Source of the DNA: Octopus sinensis
Taxonomy: Eukaryota
Direction of reading: 5' to 3'
Assembly (NCBI RefSeq): GCF_006345805.1
Contig: NC_042997.1
Span: forward strand, 50,964,001-51,028,000
Length of the DNA: 64,000 nt
The notes under the pieces are model-generated. The model was not told the DNA's origin. It saw nothing but the letters and a program-made list of their open reading frames with translations, and searched no databases. Each line of letters opens with the position of its first letter. The stretch's first letter is position 1. Positions 34,698 through 48,590 of this stretch are shown piece by piece. Made by a program: the position numbers and the translations under genes.

Positions 34698-35193
34698 ATC
34701 ATCATCATTGTTTAGCATCCGCTTTCCATGCTAGCATGGGTTGGACGGTTCAACTGGGGTCTGGGAAGCCAGAAGGTTGCACCAGGCCCAGTCTAATCTG
34801 GCAATGTTTCTATGGTTGGATGCCTTTCCTAACGCCAACCACTCCGTGAGTGTAGTGGGTGCTTTTTACGTACCACCGGCACAGGTGCCAGAGGAAGCTG
34901 GCAAACGGCCACGATTGGACAGTGCTTATTATGTGCCACCGGCACGGAGGCCAGGCGAGGCTGGCAAACGGCCACGATCGGATGGTGCTTTTTATGTGCC
35001 GCCGGCACGGTGGCCAGGCAAGGCTGGCAATGGCCACGATGAGATGGTGTTTTTTACGTGTCACTGGCACGGAGGCCAGGCGAGGCTGGCAATGGCCACG
35101 ATCAGATGGTGCTTTTTACGTGTCACTGGCACGGAGGCCAGGCGAGGCTGGCAACGGCCACGTTCGGATGGTGCTTTTTATGTGCCACCTGCA
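34698..35193 (-). mobile_element. RTE 3'-end fragment with about 6 tandem 55-bp units
   Basis: Same motifs as 24850-25304, reversed. Confidence 0.9.
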
Positions 35194-35933
35194 TGATTAC
35201 TTCAAAACAATGCGAATAAATAAGCAGAAGATTTGACAAAGTAATCCAAATGCTAATTAATGGATTAAATGTTCTGATTAAATAAAAACTCAAACTTTCT
35301 AAAAAAATTTTTTTTAGAAAAAACAGAAAATTCACAATAATGCATACATGCATCCATATATCAGTTGTTTTAAGACAGACAAGCAATGATGAAGAGGCAG
35401 AATTAGAACCATCAGCCATGCCATTATCTCACCATTGCTATTCAATTCCTTGTTTATCATACATACTATGAACTCAATCAATACAATGTGATATTCCAGG
35501 TGAGGAATAACAAGTCCATGATGCAATGCATGCACTTATGAATCAGCCTATCAGATACCTGCTGCACGGTTTTGTTAAAGAAACCTAAAGTAAGAGATAC
35601 AGGGCAACATCTGTAAAGGTTTGTCACTTTATGAAGACAAATAGTCAGAGTGAGAGACAGAGAGAAAGTACAAGCATGTGAAAGCGAGTAAGGGGAGAAG
35701 TAGGGAGGGAATAAGAAATAGTAGAGTATGTAGGAAAGAGTGAGAAGGAATAGAGGGAAGTAAGGGAGCAAAATATGCTTAATAATAAATTGCTTTAATG
35801 AGATATATATTTGCAGTAAATAATAAACACCTTGCTCTGAGATAATATAGAATAGTAGAGCAGATATACATGCATACATAAAGCACACATAAATTAGATG
35901 GAACAAATAACTGCATAAACAGAGACAAACACC

Positions 35934-36041
<108 letters not shown>

Positions 36042-36364
36042 AGATGAAGAGAAAGCAGGAAAGATCTCATATTGTCAGTCAATCTACTTTGAGATACCTC
36101 CTCTCTTCATGCCAACAATTTATTTTACTAATTTTACTCACTTTTTTTGTTGTTGTTGGCAACAACCATCCCTAGTTATCTTTGTAGTCCCCCCCCCCCA
36201 ACACACACACACCTTAAATATTCATATAGACATAAAACAGTATATTTATAGTGTTTTTACATCTCAACATGCCTGAGGTGTCTCATAGATTTAGACAGTT
36301 GTTTATAGCTGAAGTGTTTACAAAATCAGGTACCCTATCATAAGCAGGACAGAATGATACCTGA

Positions 36365-36590
36365 AGGCAGTGAGCTGGTAGAAACGTTAGCACGCTGGGC
36401 GAGATGCTTAGCAGTATTTCATCTGCCGTTACGTTCTGAGTTCAAATTCTGCCAAGGTCGACTTTGCCTTTCATCCTTTCGGGGTCAATTAAATAAGTGC
36501 CAGTTATGCACTGGGGTCGATGTAATCAACTTAATGTCCTTGTTTGTCCCCTCTATGTTTAGCCCCTTGTGGGCAATAAAGAAATAAGAA
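36365..36590 (+). mobile_element. SINE-A
   Basis: A/B-box head and full body. Confidence 0.9.
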
Positions 36591-37423
36591 TGATACCTGT
36601 TTATCATTAGTTTTCACTCAATTACTATGGGTAATATATGTTTATTAGGTTGTATAATATATGTTTGAAGCAAGGTCTGACCACAACTCCAGATCCTTTA
36701 AACTCTTCCTCCTTCCTGAGTATAAGTATTCTATGGGTATGCATATGAATCTGATGAGTGGGTATCAATTGATCTAATTTGTGTCTTGACTCTCTTGCTG
36801 TATTAGTGTGATAATAATTAACAATAAAATGACTAAATGTTTAGAGTCCACGTGATTACTAACCTTTGATAAGACTTAGGTCAGTCATGAACTCAAGGGC
36901 TCACAAAGCCAGAGCTTAAGCTAGCTTCCTTGGCATATAAGTGACTGGGATTACAACATGCCCTCCTCAATGAGATGCTAGTCTGTCACAGGGTTAACTT
37001 TCCCAGAAATCACTGGGACTCGTTTTCAGTTGAGCAGATTGGAGCAATGTGCAACAAACATTGTGATCACTTGAACAACTGGTATGCGATAAACCACGCA
37101 CCTGCGCAGGTAAGGTCAATTTGATGAAAAGAGTAAGTTCATATACAGCACAAACATTTGATCATCATAAACACATCTGTGCAGATTGTTAGGCAAGATA
37201 TTGTGGAATAGTCTTTCTGTGAGTCAAGAGACAACAAAAAAAACCACTAAGAACACAATGCATCACCCAGTCCAGGAATTGAAATCAGGGTCTTACAATA
37301 ACCAGTAAGCTACACACCTTCAGATTTAGCAAGATGTCAAATAAAGGCATTTGGTATTTAAGCTTGGGAGAAAATGTATACTTTTGTGGCAGCATTTAAA
37401 AACAAATCTTTTTTTGTTTGTGA

Positions 37424-37630
37424 ACCCTTTCGATACCAACCCAGCTGAAACTGGCTCTGGCTCCATCATACAAATGTCTTGTTTTCATAAGTTTTGAATT
37501 AAAATCTCCCACCAAACCTTAGTCACAATTCATGTTCTTAACATTAGCTGAATGATAACTAAGCTATTTTACTAAATTCTTTGTTATATTTAAAGTAATT
37601 GAAAGAAACTCAGAACATCTCAAAATAAAT
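37424..37630 (+). mobile_element. piggyBac-type MITE (partial)
   Basis: Homologous to 49369-49588. Confidence 0.7.
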
Positions 37631-37989
37631 ATGGATTGGAAAAACTCAGACATCAAAAATCCTTTCATGTCCACTAGAAAGTACTTTCTCATTAACTAAA
37701 TTTAGAAAATCAAAATGAGATTTTATTAGGGGCATAGTAAAGTGAGAGAGACAAGGAAAGCGGTCTTCCCCCGGATGCAAATGTGAAGGGGGCAGAATTT
37801 CCTCATGGTTATCATTGCTTTCGTCTACCTTTCAATGCTTGCATGGATCAGATGAAGTTTAATGAGACAGGTTTTATTTCTATAGCTGGATGCTCTTCCT
37901 GTCACCAACTCTCGCCTGTTGCTAAGCAAAGCAATATTTCCCCATGGTCAGATATGTTTCCCACAGAATACTGGAAATCAATTACATTC

Positions 37990-38790
37990 ATTTACAACTG
38001 CCATACAATGTCAAGACATGCACACACTCACAGACACACATCAACACATCCACCCACTCATCCCCCCCCCCACACACACATATATATATACCCTCATGTG
38101 TGCACATACACATGTGTACAGAATGGGCTCCCTTCAGTTTCTGTCTACCAGAGCCATTCACAAGGCTTTGTTAGTCTGATGCTATCGAAGACATTTGCCC
38201 AAGGTGTCATGCAGTGTGACTGAACCAGAAACTGTGTTTAAGAAGACAACTTCTTAAGTACACAGCTTTCCCTGCACCTATCATGCTTGATAATTAAAGT
38301 GAAAATGCCAAAATTGTCTTTTGCTCCACTCCCAGGCACTGAGAACTCTTACTATGCAATAGATTTTCATTTCATTATGTCTCAATTACTTGAATGCTTT
38401 GTTATTCACCGATGCTGGTCATCTGCTGGTCATCTGGTGTTAACGATACAAAAGATAGAGCTCTGAACTTCAAAGATGTTATTGAACTAATTTAAACATA
38501 GCTGCGTGGTTAAGAAGCTTGTTTTGCAACCATGTGGTTTTGGGTTCAGTCCCACAGCAGAGAAAGTTAGGCAAGTGTCTTCTACAATAGCCACAGACTG
38601 ACCAATGCCTTGTGAGTGAAAATGGTAGACAGAAACTATGTGGAAACTCATCATGAGAGAAACAGACCAACAGACAGACAGAGGTGTGTGTGTGTTAGTA
38701 TCCATCACTTCTTGACAATTGGTGCTGGTTTGTTTACATCCCCATAAATAAGCAGATTGATAAAAGAGAATGATAGAATAATTAGAAAAA
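37990..38790. mobile_element. Two old SINE-B copies (minus 37990-38278, plus 38498-38790)
   Basis: Degenerate SINE-B head and body motifs. Confidence 0.7.
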
Positions 38791-38874
38791 AAAAAGGTAA
38801 AGACACTCTTCGGTCCTGAATGACCATGGGATTGCACCAAGAAAGATACCCTCCAAGTCACAAGTCCAGGCAAG

Positions 38875-39148
38875 GTTGTCTATGGAAGACCAGCAGTCAC
38901 CCATGCATACCAGCCTCCCCTCTCCACACCACCGATGTTATCCAAGAGAAAAGCAAAGGGCGATAAAGCTTGGCACCAGTGACGTTGCAACTGATTTCTG
39001 TAGCTGAGTGAACTGGAGCAATGTGAAAATAAAGTGCCCTGCTCAAGAACACAACACACAGCTTAGTCTGGGAATCAAATCTGGGAATCAAACTCACTAC
39101 CTCATGATTGTGAGCCCAATGCTGTAACCACTGAGCTATGCACCTCTA
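38875..39148 (-). mobile_element. SINE-C-related copy
   Basis: GCTGAGTGAACTGGAGCAATGTGAAA...GCTCAAGAACACAAC...AACCACTGAGC. Confidence 0.7.
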
Positions 39149-39479
39149 CTAGAATAAGTACTTGGGGTGGGATGAAGTCGGAGTGGGGTTGTGATCAGTT
39201 CTACTAAACCCTTTGAGATGTTGCCTTGGTATGACCATGGTCCATTGACTGAAGTAATTAAAAGATAAATTTAATCCCTGGTAATTCTTAACGTCATTTA
39301 TCCAATTCAAATGACATTCACTATTTGAAACACTCAGCAAGAACTAACAGCCAATAATTTGAATCATCAGATTAAAAAAAAAGAACTCGTGAAACAGTAA
39401 AATAAACTATAAAAGGCTCTAACATCAAGAAACATATTACAGGCTCTCTGATACATTGAAAGTAGAAAATCAGAGTGGT

Positions 39480-39878
39480 TTATAGAAGAAGCATAAAATT
39501 TAAACTACTGATGAAGAATTGAAGATCTAGACAAAACATTGAAGGCTAATCTTAAGCCACTGAGTCTTACAAAGGAGATGACTAAGGATCAAGACATCCA
39601 GCACATTGCTGTATTCAAGAAGTCTTGTCCACCACAGCAGAATTGATACCAGTGTTGGTACCACATAAAAAGCACTCATGCTAGTACCATGTTGAAAGCA
39701 CCCAGTATGCTTTAGGGACTACACTCTAGGAAGGGCATCCAACCTTAGAAACCCTGACACAACAGACAATGGATCCTGGTATGGTCCCTAGCCTTATCAG
39801 CTTCAGTCAAACCATCCAACCCATACCTGCATGGAAAATAAATGTTAAATAATGGTGATGATGACAATGATGATGATG
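39480..39878 (+). mobile_element. Old RTE 3' end (ORF C-terminus and UTR)
   Basis: LKANLKPLSLTKEMTKDQD resembles [19 protein letters not shown] of the 22238 ORF; followed by AGGAAGGGCATCC and (GAT)n. Confidence 0.6.
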
Positions 39879-40060
39879 ACTGCATCAAGCTTTCTTGCTC
39901 AGAGATCACAGATGCTATAAAAGATTAGATCCTCTTAAACATTAGGAACCCCAAATTTCTTTTTGCAAACTGTAGGTTACAAATTAGCTTCATCACAAAC
40001 TACAACAGGTAAATAAATTTAAAGACAGGTAAGCAGCAACAAAAAATTAACTTGTTTCAT

Positions 40061-40288
40061 CCCTGTAGAATTCAGATGAATACTCTGTCAGAAGTAAAGC
40101 TTATTTATTCACACAGTTTTAAATTAATTGTGCATTATCTCACAGCTTCGAGATTTCAGTGATGTGACTATTTTTCTTAGAAGGGTGTTGTAGGATAAGG
40201 GTGAGAGGTCAGATCTGCCAGTTTGAACAAAAAAAACAGGTAGAATATTCAGGCTTGATGTGGCCAGATTGAGTACTAAAGGGATTAA
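40061..40288. mobile_element. Second CCC...GGG-ended (piggyBac-like) MITE; related fragment at 34578-34700
   Basis: Imperfect terminal repeats CCCTGTAGAATTCAG / AGTACTAAAGGG; body homologous to 34578-34700. Confidence 0.45.
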
Positions 40289-40289
40289 A

Positions 40290-40470
40290 ACCTATTTCTT
40301 TACTACCCACAAGGGGCTAAACACAGAGGGGACAAACAAACGGATTAAGTCAATTACATCAACCCCAGTGCGTAACTGGTACTTAATTTATTGACCCCGA
40401 AAGGATGAAAGGCAAAGTCGACCTCGGCGGAATTTGAACTCAGAACGTAGCGGCAGACGAAATACCGATT
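40290..40470 (-). mobile_element. SINE-A (young, close to consensus)
   Basis: Clean reverse-complement motifs. Confidence 0.9.
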
Positions 40471-40974
40471 AAAACCTATTTTTACATGCACAAGATGATG
40501 ACTCTATAAAGGACGATGACAGCAACAATGATGATGACTCCAACCTCAGAACTTCATTCATTCATTCACACACACACACACATTCTTTTTACTGACCTCA
40601 GTTATTGCACTGCAGCCATATCAAGACACCCACTATAAAGGTTCTTTCTTTGTTGTTTTTTTTCAATTGTACTGACCTTCATATTTAATTTAAAGCCCAG
40701 TGCTTAACATTGTAATCATTATTTTACTGCTAAGTTACAAGACATAAACACAGACATCATTCTTTTGAAGAGGTGTCCATGTAACAACAAACACGGCGAG
40801 AGATACATAAAAGACACACATATACACACACATATATACACACATATACACATACATACACATATATATGCACACACATACATAAGTGTGTGTGTGTGCA
40901 ACTGCCTTTGCATCCCTGCCTCCCCTTTTTTTCACTCATTTCCCCATTTACTTCAATGTCATCCACCCCTCTTT

Positions 40975-41017
<43 letters not shown>

Positions 41018-41029
41018 AGTGTGTGTGTG

Positions 41030-41260
41030 TGTGCTGGTGTCACATAAAAAGCAGCCAGTGCACTGTCTAGTGGTTGGTGTTAAGAAGGACATCCAGCTGT
41101 AGAAACTTATGCCAAAGCAGACACAGATTCTGGCAAAGCCCTCTGGCTTGTCTATATTTGTCAAACAGTCCAGCCCATGCCAGCATGGAAGAAAGGAGAT
41201 ATGATCTTGATAATGAAATGATGGTGATGATGATGATGATACTCAATAAAACTTCCCTAG
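41030..41260 (+). mobile_element. Old RTE 3'-end fragment
   Basis: GGTTGGTGTTAAGAAGGACATCCAGCTGTAGAAAC...(GAT)n. Confidence 0.7.
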
Positions 41261-41345
41261 ACTATAAACCCTTAAAATAAGTTTTACCCTAGCCAGAATT
41301 AGAACCCCGATGAAAGACAATCGCTCAATATTAATGTATGTTACA

Positions 41346-42248
41346 ACTAGCAGTATCGCCCGGCGTTGCTCGGGTTTGTAAGGGAAATAATTATATAAGC
41401 ATTTTTAGAGAGTTATAGCCAAAAGATAGCAAAAAAATGCATTAAAAATGGAAAAAAAATTATGGTAAATTTTTTTTAAATCGTTGACTCATCGTAGACA
41501 TTTTTAGAGAGTTACTTCCCTTATATAATAGCGAAAAAATGCATTAAAATGGAAAAAAATTATGGTAAATTTTTTTTTAAATCGTAGACTCATCGTAGAC
41601 GCGCGCTAATACCCAGAAGGGCTCGATATGAATCATGACTATAAGATACCCGGTTTTGGTTAAACTGCACCGCAAAATGTGGGAGTAGTTAGGAATCTAA
41701 ATCGTAGGAGACAGACACACAACTTCACTTTTATATATAAAGACTAGCAGTATCGCCCAGCGTTGCTTGGGTTTGTAAGGGAAGTAACTATATAAGCATT
41801 TTTAGAGAGTTACTTCCCTTATAGATGCCAATTCGGGCTTTCTTAGCCATTTCTGTTTTGGTGTCTTCAAGCCATGAAGTCGTTGTTCTAAAAGAACGCT
41901 GGTCTCCTTGACAAAGCTTTACGACGTTGATTTCCTTACACTCCCTTCCCCACAGCTTCACGAGGGAGGGAAGGGGGAGAAGCAAACAGGTGCAGCTGTG
42001 AGCGCCAACTCCGCCGCCATCGACACACGAAAAATTATGCATTAAAATGGAATAAAAAATGATGTTAAATTTTTTTTTAAATCGTAGACTCATCGTAGAC
42101 GCGCGCTAATACTCAGACGGGCTCGATATGAATCACGACTATAAGATACCCGAATTTGGTGAAACTGCACCGCAAAATGTGGGAGTAGTTAGGAATCTAA
42201 ATCGAAGGGGACAGACACTCACACAACTACAGTTTTATATATATAGAT
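41346..42248 (+). mobile_element. Head-to-tail dimer of non-autonomous Helitron/Helentron-like elements (41346-41742, 41743-42248)
   Basis: 5' ACTAGCAGTATCGCCCGGCGTTGCTCGGG hairpin and 3' TTTTATATATA(A/T)AGAT; direct junction TATATAAAG|ACTAGCAG; no target-site duplication. Confidence 0.75.
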
Positions 42249-42699
42249 GTAATCTGAATGCTAAAGAGTGTTAATATTCTTTTACTGGTCAGTCATTAGA
42301 CCTGCAGCCATGCTTAGGCCACTGTTCTCAAGGGTATTGGTCAATTATACTGACCTTCCTAATTAGTTTGGTTCCCATTTTAAGAAAATCTACTTTTTCA
42401 AATGACTAAGTTTATCTTCTTGAGAAACAATATTGGGGCACAACTTTATTTTTTCCTATGTCTGTTTAATCATAGCCTGCATGTTGTTAAATTTGGCAAA
42501 CAACAAAAACAGTAAATAAGACAAAAGCATCTGGACTAACATGACAAGACTAACGACGACTGAAGATTGATGGAAAAATAAATTTTTCAATGAGGACAGA
42601 TTTATCCCATGCAAGAACGACAGATGGATGTTTGGTGTTGTGTGGGGTAGGCTGGGGGTGAGATACGCATCTACAGAAGTGGTTCTGGTAGTATGACGA

Positions 42700-44380
42700 T
42701 ATCAGGTTTTTATGATAGTGAAACACATATGATGATGATGATGATGATGGGTGGTAAAGGTGAAGAGACAGAGGAGAATGAATGAAGTTATTGATGATGT
42801 CAACAATGGGGAATGGTAATGTTTCAGTGATGATACTGATGGTTGGCAGTGGTGGTGTTGGCAGTGGTGGTCGTTATCAACAAGGTTGATGCTAGATTTT
42901 TCTTTAAGTGACAAGACAATTTGGTCAAGGAAATCTATTTTCCTGTTTTCACAATGATGATGATGATGCTGATAATGATGATAGTAGCAATCATGTTGAT
43001 AAAGATACCAGCAATGATGATGATGATGATGGCAGTGGTCTTGTTGACAATGATGATAGCTTGATGAAGATGTATGTACAGATCAGACAAGCAGAAAGGG
43101 AAAGGGGGGAGGAAACAAGATTAAAATAAATAAAATTAAACCAATACAAATTTTGGATTTTGGTTTGTTTTTTTGGGGGTTTTTTTTTTGGTTTTTTTCT
43201 TCTCCCAGCAACTTGATCATGTCTACACATCATGTCTATTGATATATTTATTTATTCGTTTGTTTTTGTTTTTGCCTCTGCCACCTCCACCTCCTCCACT
43301 ACCACTGTTGGAATGTTCTGCTTATTTAATTATGTATTTATTCAATGTTTTCTTCTTGGAGCGTGTGTGAGTGTATGTGAATGAGTGTGTGAGTGTGTGG
43401 TGTGTGACTGCATGTATGTGTTAGCGTGTGCATGTGTATTTATTGTGTGCACAAATGTGTGCAAATGGGAGGGTATTAAAGGTTCAAAAGAAGAATAGTT
43501 AATGAGAAAATTGATTTTCATAAAAGAAAACACACATAAAGAAAAAATAACAAAAACAGTAAAAAAAAAAAACAAATTTCAAATCAAAATAAAAATAGGA
43601 AGAAAACTGGAAAACAAACAAAATAACAAAAGGGTGGAGGGTGGAGGGGATGAATAATAAAATTTTCTTTTTATAAATTTGGTTTATTTTGGGGAGTTTT
43701 ATAAACAACATAATGTTGGCAGCTGTCTAGCATGGAAGAATGTGAAATGGAGGAGATGCTGATGATTAGAGAAGGAGAGGAGGAGAGAAAGGTGGAGTGT
43801 GGGCATTTTATTGAAAAGACTGGTCAACATCAATATCCAAGGCAAACATCGACTTCGTGCTTCACTGGTGCAAAACTGATAGCTTATAAAAGGAAAACAC
43901 ACAACTCAATGCTACCACCACCACCACACCACTGACAACAACAACAGTAAGAATTACCATTATTAGACATAGGGAACCATTATAATAAGCACCATCACCA
44001 TGACTAACAATGACTATCATTCAAGAAACCACCACCACCACCACCACCACCGGACACCACTGCCACCAATAAGGGCACTAGCAATCCCTGTACATAGGGG
44101 GAGTTACTTCAATAAGCACCCACCATCATCACCACCACCACCACCACCACCACTGACAGCAACAATAACAACAAACATCTCTACCACTGAGAAACCACCA
44201 CCATTACTATCACCAGCACACTAACATTCACCACTGCTACACAAGGAGCCACCATTACCACCACTGACACTAAGAACCACAGCCACCCCCACATTCCCAT
44301 CACCACTACCATAGAGGGAGCCAATACAACCAGCACCAACACTACTGAAAATAACACACACACACACACAATGGGAAAAG
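42700..44380. repeat. Low-complexity (GAT)n/(CAC)n/(TG)n-rich unique region
   Basis: Read directly; no TE motif recognised. Confidence 0.5.
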
Positions 44381-44460
44381 AGCTTTATGTAGTCAGTGAA
44401 GTTGCTAGAAATAGCAGTTAAATAGTTAAGTTTTTTTCTTTTTTTATCAAATTGCACTCT

Positions 44461-44760
44461 ACTGGTGGCTGTGTGGTAAGAAGCTTGTTTTCCCAACTGC
44501 ATGGTTCCAGGTTCAGTGCCACTGTATGGGACTTTGGGCAAGTCTTTTCTGCTGTAGCTTCGGGCCGACCAAAGCCTTGTGAATCGATTGGATAGACAGA
44601 AACTGAAAGAAGCCCAATGTGTGTGTGTGAGTGTGTGTATGTATGTGTGTGTCTTTGTTCATCCCCCCACCACTACCTGACAACCAGTGTCGGTGTGTTT
44701 ACATCCCGTACCTTAGCAGTTCAGCAAAAGAGACCAATAAAATAAGTACCAGACTTATAA
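44461..44760 (+). mobile_element. SINE-B (3'-truncated)
   Basis: SINE-B head and internal (TG)n. Confidence 0.85.
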
Positions 44761-46029
44761 AAAGTCGATACATTCAATTTTTGGTTGAAATCTGTTAGAA
44801 CTCCTCCTTCGTCTCACATTGTATCTTAAAAAAAAAAACTTTTGGTGGGTGCATTTGACAATGTGGTCCTAAATATGGAACAAAAGACAGGATGGTCACA
44901 ACTGGAATGAATTAGATCATTGGTCCATTCAATTAAGGCTGACATTGGACTAAGACCACAATTTCAGTAACTAAAATAAAACAGTCACAAGAATTGCCAA
45001 CACCATTAATGCCACCACTGCCTCCACAAGCATTAAGTTTACTAAGTTTATAAAAATACCAATCACAAAACATCGTGCATGCATACATGCACACAGGTGT
45101 GCAAGAGCTTACACACGTTTACTAAAATAATCTAATAAATCAGAGCAAAATAAGCTAAAAGAAGAAAACAAAACAAAATGATTTCTTTATCTCTTAATCT
45201 TTTCCCTGTAATAATATCACTTCTGGAAACCAGATAAGTATTTTTATTGCCTCTTTGACAATGGGAGAGAAAGAGAGAAGGAGAGACAGAGAGAGTGTGT
45301 GTGTGTGTAATGTAAAAGAGCTGGAGTTGAACCATATAAAGAGCTATGATAATTACTTGGGAAAGTCAATTACTGAACAGTAAGACTGGGAGGTGAGGCA
45401 TTTCTACTCGTTACCTGTTGATTGATTATCAAAGACAGGTAAAACTTGATTGAATGCTTTGTGAGCATGTGTGTGCGTGAGTGTGTGTATGTAGATTTAA
45501 ATATACAGGCATTCAATCTTAGGAGATTTAGGAAAAATTCTGTCACAAACAACAAAAGAAACCAACAAAAAGAACCCCTGTAAGGTGATCGAATCCACTA
45601 GAAATAACAGCAAAACATCTTGAAATGCACATAACTATTTTAAGAAACCAAGTATACATTGGACAATATAGCCCTACAAACCTAAATTGCTTGAGAATAA
45701 GAAAATGGACACAGCTGGAATGCTTCTGATTATATGTCTCCTTTAATGGTGCTCAACCATTTTTATCTATGGATCCCTTTAATTCCCATTTTACTCTACT
45801 GGGCCTACATGGCCACTTGATGTATATAAAAAACAAAACCTATTGTATTTTGATAAGATATTAAGGTGTGGTTGTGTAGTAAGAACATTGCTTCCCAACC
45901 ACATGGTTTCAGGTTCAGTCCTAGTGCATGACACCTTGGGCAAGTGCCTTCTACTTAGCCTCAGGCCAATCAAAGCCTTGTGAGTGGATTTGGTAGATGG
46001 AAACTAAAAGAAGTCCATCGTGATGATGA

Positions 46030-46069
<40 letters not shown>

Positions 46070-46143
46070 AAATGTGACCTCGTGTGTACCGTTGGCGATT
46101 TTTTCCCTCTGTCTTCCCTTCTCTGGATCTTTCCTTCTCCTAT

Positions 46144-46178
46144 GTTTCCGACGAAGAGCTCCGCTCAAAATGTTAAAC
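46144..46178 (+). ncRNA. Minimal hammerhead-ribozyme-like motif (variant core, CpG-decayed)
   Basis: GTTT-CCGACGA-A-GAGC-TCC-GCTC-AAAA-TG-TT-AAAC; stem I GTTT/AAAC, stem II GAGC/GCTC. Confidence 0.4.
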
Positions 46179-46292
46179 CCTCCTTCTTCCCTTCTTTCCT
46201 GAGCGTCCAATAATACTTTATTTGTTCCACGTCCTCGCGTTGTTGTGTTTTTTGTGTTTTCTTGTTTGGATTAACTTTATATATATATATAT

Positions 46293-46327
<35 letters not shown>

Positions 46328-46715
46328 GCCAATCCCCTTTGCTTGCGAAGACATGTTGGGGCAAGCGGAATCGAAATCGAATTGAACCAGCCAGGATCCC
46401 TGGTCTGGTGGTACGTAAAAAGCACTATCCGACTCGTGGCTGATGCCAGCGCCGCCTCGACTGGCTTCTGTGCCGGTGGCACATAAAATAAACCAATCCG
46501 ACCGTGGCCGTTGCCAGCCTCGCCTGGCACCTGTGCAGGTGGCACGTAAAAAGCACCCACTACACTCACGGAGTGGTTGGCGTTAGGAAGGGCATCCAGC
46601 TGTAGAAACATTGCCAGATAAGACTGGAGCCTGGTGCAGCCTTCTGGCTTCCCAGATCCCCGGTCGAACCGTCCAACCCATGCTAGCATGGAGAACGGAC
46701 GTTAAACGATGATGA

Positions 46716-46718
<3 letters not shown>
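46328..46718 (+). mobile_element. RTE 3'-end fragment
   Basis: Near-identical to the reverse complement of part of 7459-7975; (GAT)n tail. Confidence 0.9.
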
Positions 46719-46766
<48 letters not shown>

Positions 46767-47129
46767 TATGTGTGTGTGTCTTTGTCTCCCATTCCACCAA
46801 CCTCACTTGACAATCGATGTTGGTGTGTTTACATCCCTGCAGCTAAGCATTTCGACAAAATAGTGACAAATAGAGTAAGTACTAGGCTTACAAGGAATAA
46901 GTCCTGGAGTCGAATTCTTTGACTAAAACCCTTTAAAACAGTGCTCCAGCATGACCACAGTCAAGTGACTGAAACAAGTAAAAGAGTAATTTGTACAAAA
47001 GTAATTATCAGAATAGTTTGTTTATTAAAGAAGTATAAGCAATTTATTGCGCACAAATTTTTACAACAAAATCTTATACTGACCCCCAACGGCCATATGG
47101 ACCTCAGCTGATACCAAACAAAGCCTGTC

Positions 47130-47345
47130 ATGTGTGTGCATGTCTTTGCGTCTGTACCCCACACTGCTTAACAACCAGTGTTGGTTTGTTTACATCCCTG
47201 TAACAGAGCATTTCAACAAAAGAGACCGAAAGAATAAGCACCAGGCTTTAAATAAAACTAAGTACTGAGGTCAATATGTTTGACTAAACCCTTCAGGGCG
47301 ATGCCACAGCATGGCCACAGTCCAATGACTCAAACAAGTAAAAGA
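47130..47345 (+). mobile_element. SINE-B 3' half
   Basis: CAGCATGGCCACAGTCCAATGACTCAAACAAGTAAAAG. Confidence 0.75.
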
Positions 47346-48305
47346 AAAAAGACAAGATGGTCGTGGCTGGAATGCTTTGATCACAGCTGAACAACAAATA
47401 GTATTTCATATGATAATGTGTAGTAATAAAAATAAATTCAAATAAATGCTATGTAAATGCAATTATTGTGAAGAAGAAGAAGAAGAAGAAGAAAGATATT
47501 GCCTTTTCAAGCAATTTGGTTGCTATCTTTAGTGGGTATAAAGTAGTCATCATAGCCATGGAATGGTTCGCTCTTGGCTTGAATTCTTACAGATTTTATT
47601 CTGGTGTAAATATTTATAATGTAATGTGTTGAGATATTAAAATACAGAAATGGCAAAGCAGAAATTATATTATCTATATATATTTGCTATTTAAGTATAA
47701 ATAATATACACGTATATATGTAGATATATGTCTGTGTTATTCTGTTAAAGCATATATTTATATATGCTAGTAAAGACAAGAAAATCTGTTAACATTTAGA
47801 TATACATTATTAAAGAATAGATTTCTATAAATGTAGATATGTGTATTGTGTGTGTGTGAATGTATTTATACTTTAGAAGCATATATCACTATTATCACCA
47901 TTCAATGAATGCCAGATAGTGATGATGATGATATATATATATATATATATCTATATATCCATCTCTCTCTCTCTCTATATATATATATATACATGCTGCT
48001 AAAGTATAAATAAATTCACACACACAATGTATGTATGTATATGTGTGTGTGTGTATATATATATGTATATATATATATATGCACACACACATATGTGTGT
48101 GTAGTGTGCTGTTGTTATTAGTGGGGGTCAACAAAAAGTACTCAAGTGAGTACTTTTAATATCTAATATCAGAAGGGATTTAAATGAGAGCTACTGAAAG
48201 TTTCATACTTCTGATAATACAATAGTTGGACAGGCTTGTATAGCATATTGTGTATTATAGAGCAATCATTCAGGTTCAAAATACAACATGGCTGCTCAAA
48301 CACAG

Positions 48306-48369
<64 letters not shown>

Positions 48370-48419
48370 CAGGCTTCTTTCAGTTTCCATCGACCAAATC
48401 TGTTGAAAAGATCTGGCCA

Positions 48420-48590
48420 GCCTGTATCATCCCCTCTCCACACCCCCGATGTTATCCAAGGGAAAGGCAAAGGCCAATACAGCTTGGCACCAGTGACATC
48501 GCAACTCATTTCTACAACTGAGTGAACTGGAACAACATGAAATAAAGTGTCTTGCTGAACACAACACACAGCCCAGTCCAGGAACCAAAC
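48420..48590 (-). mobile_element. SINE-C-related fragment
   Basis: Homologous to 38875-39148. Confidence 0.65.

Larger units (their letters stand above)
45865..46990 (+). mobile_element. SINE-B split by two nested inserts in its internal microsatellite
   Basis: 5' half 45865-46020, 3' half 46760-46990; inserts at 46068-46280 and 46328-46718. Confidence 0.85.

Noticed and set aside
41308-41345. CCGATGAAAGACAATCGCTC as another variant hammerhead
   Set aside because: Stem II does not pair and GAAA is absent.
43732-43935. 67-aa ORF or exon in the unique low-complexity region
   Set aside because: No recognisable domain or clear splice sites; purine-rich low complexity explains the open frame.
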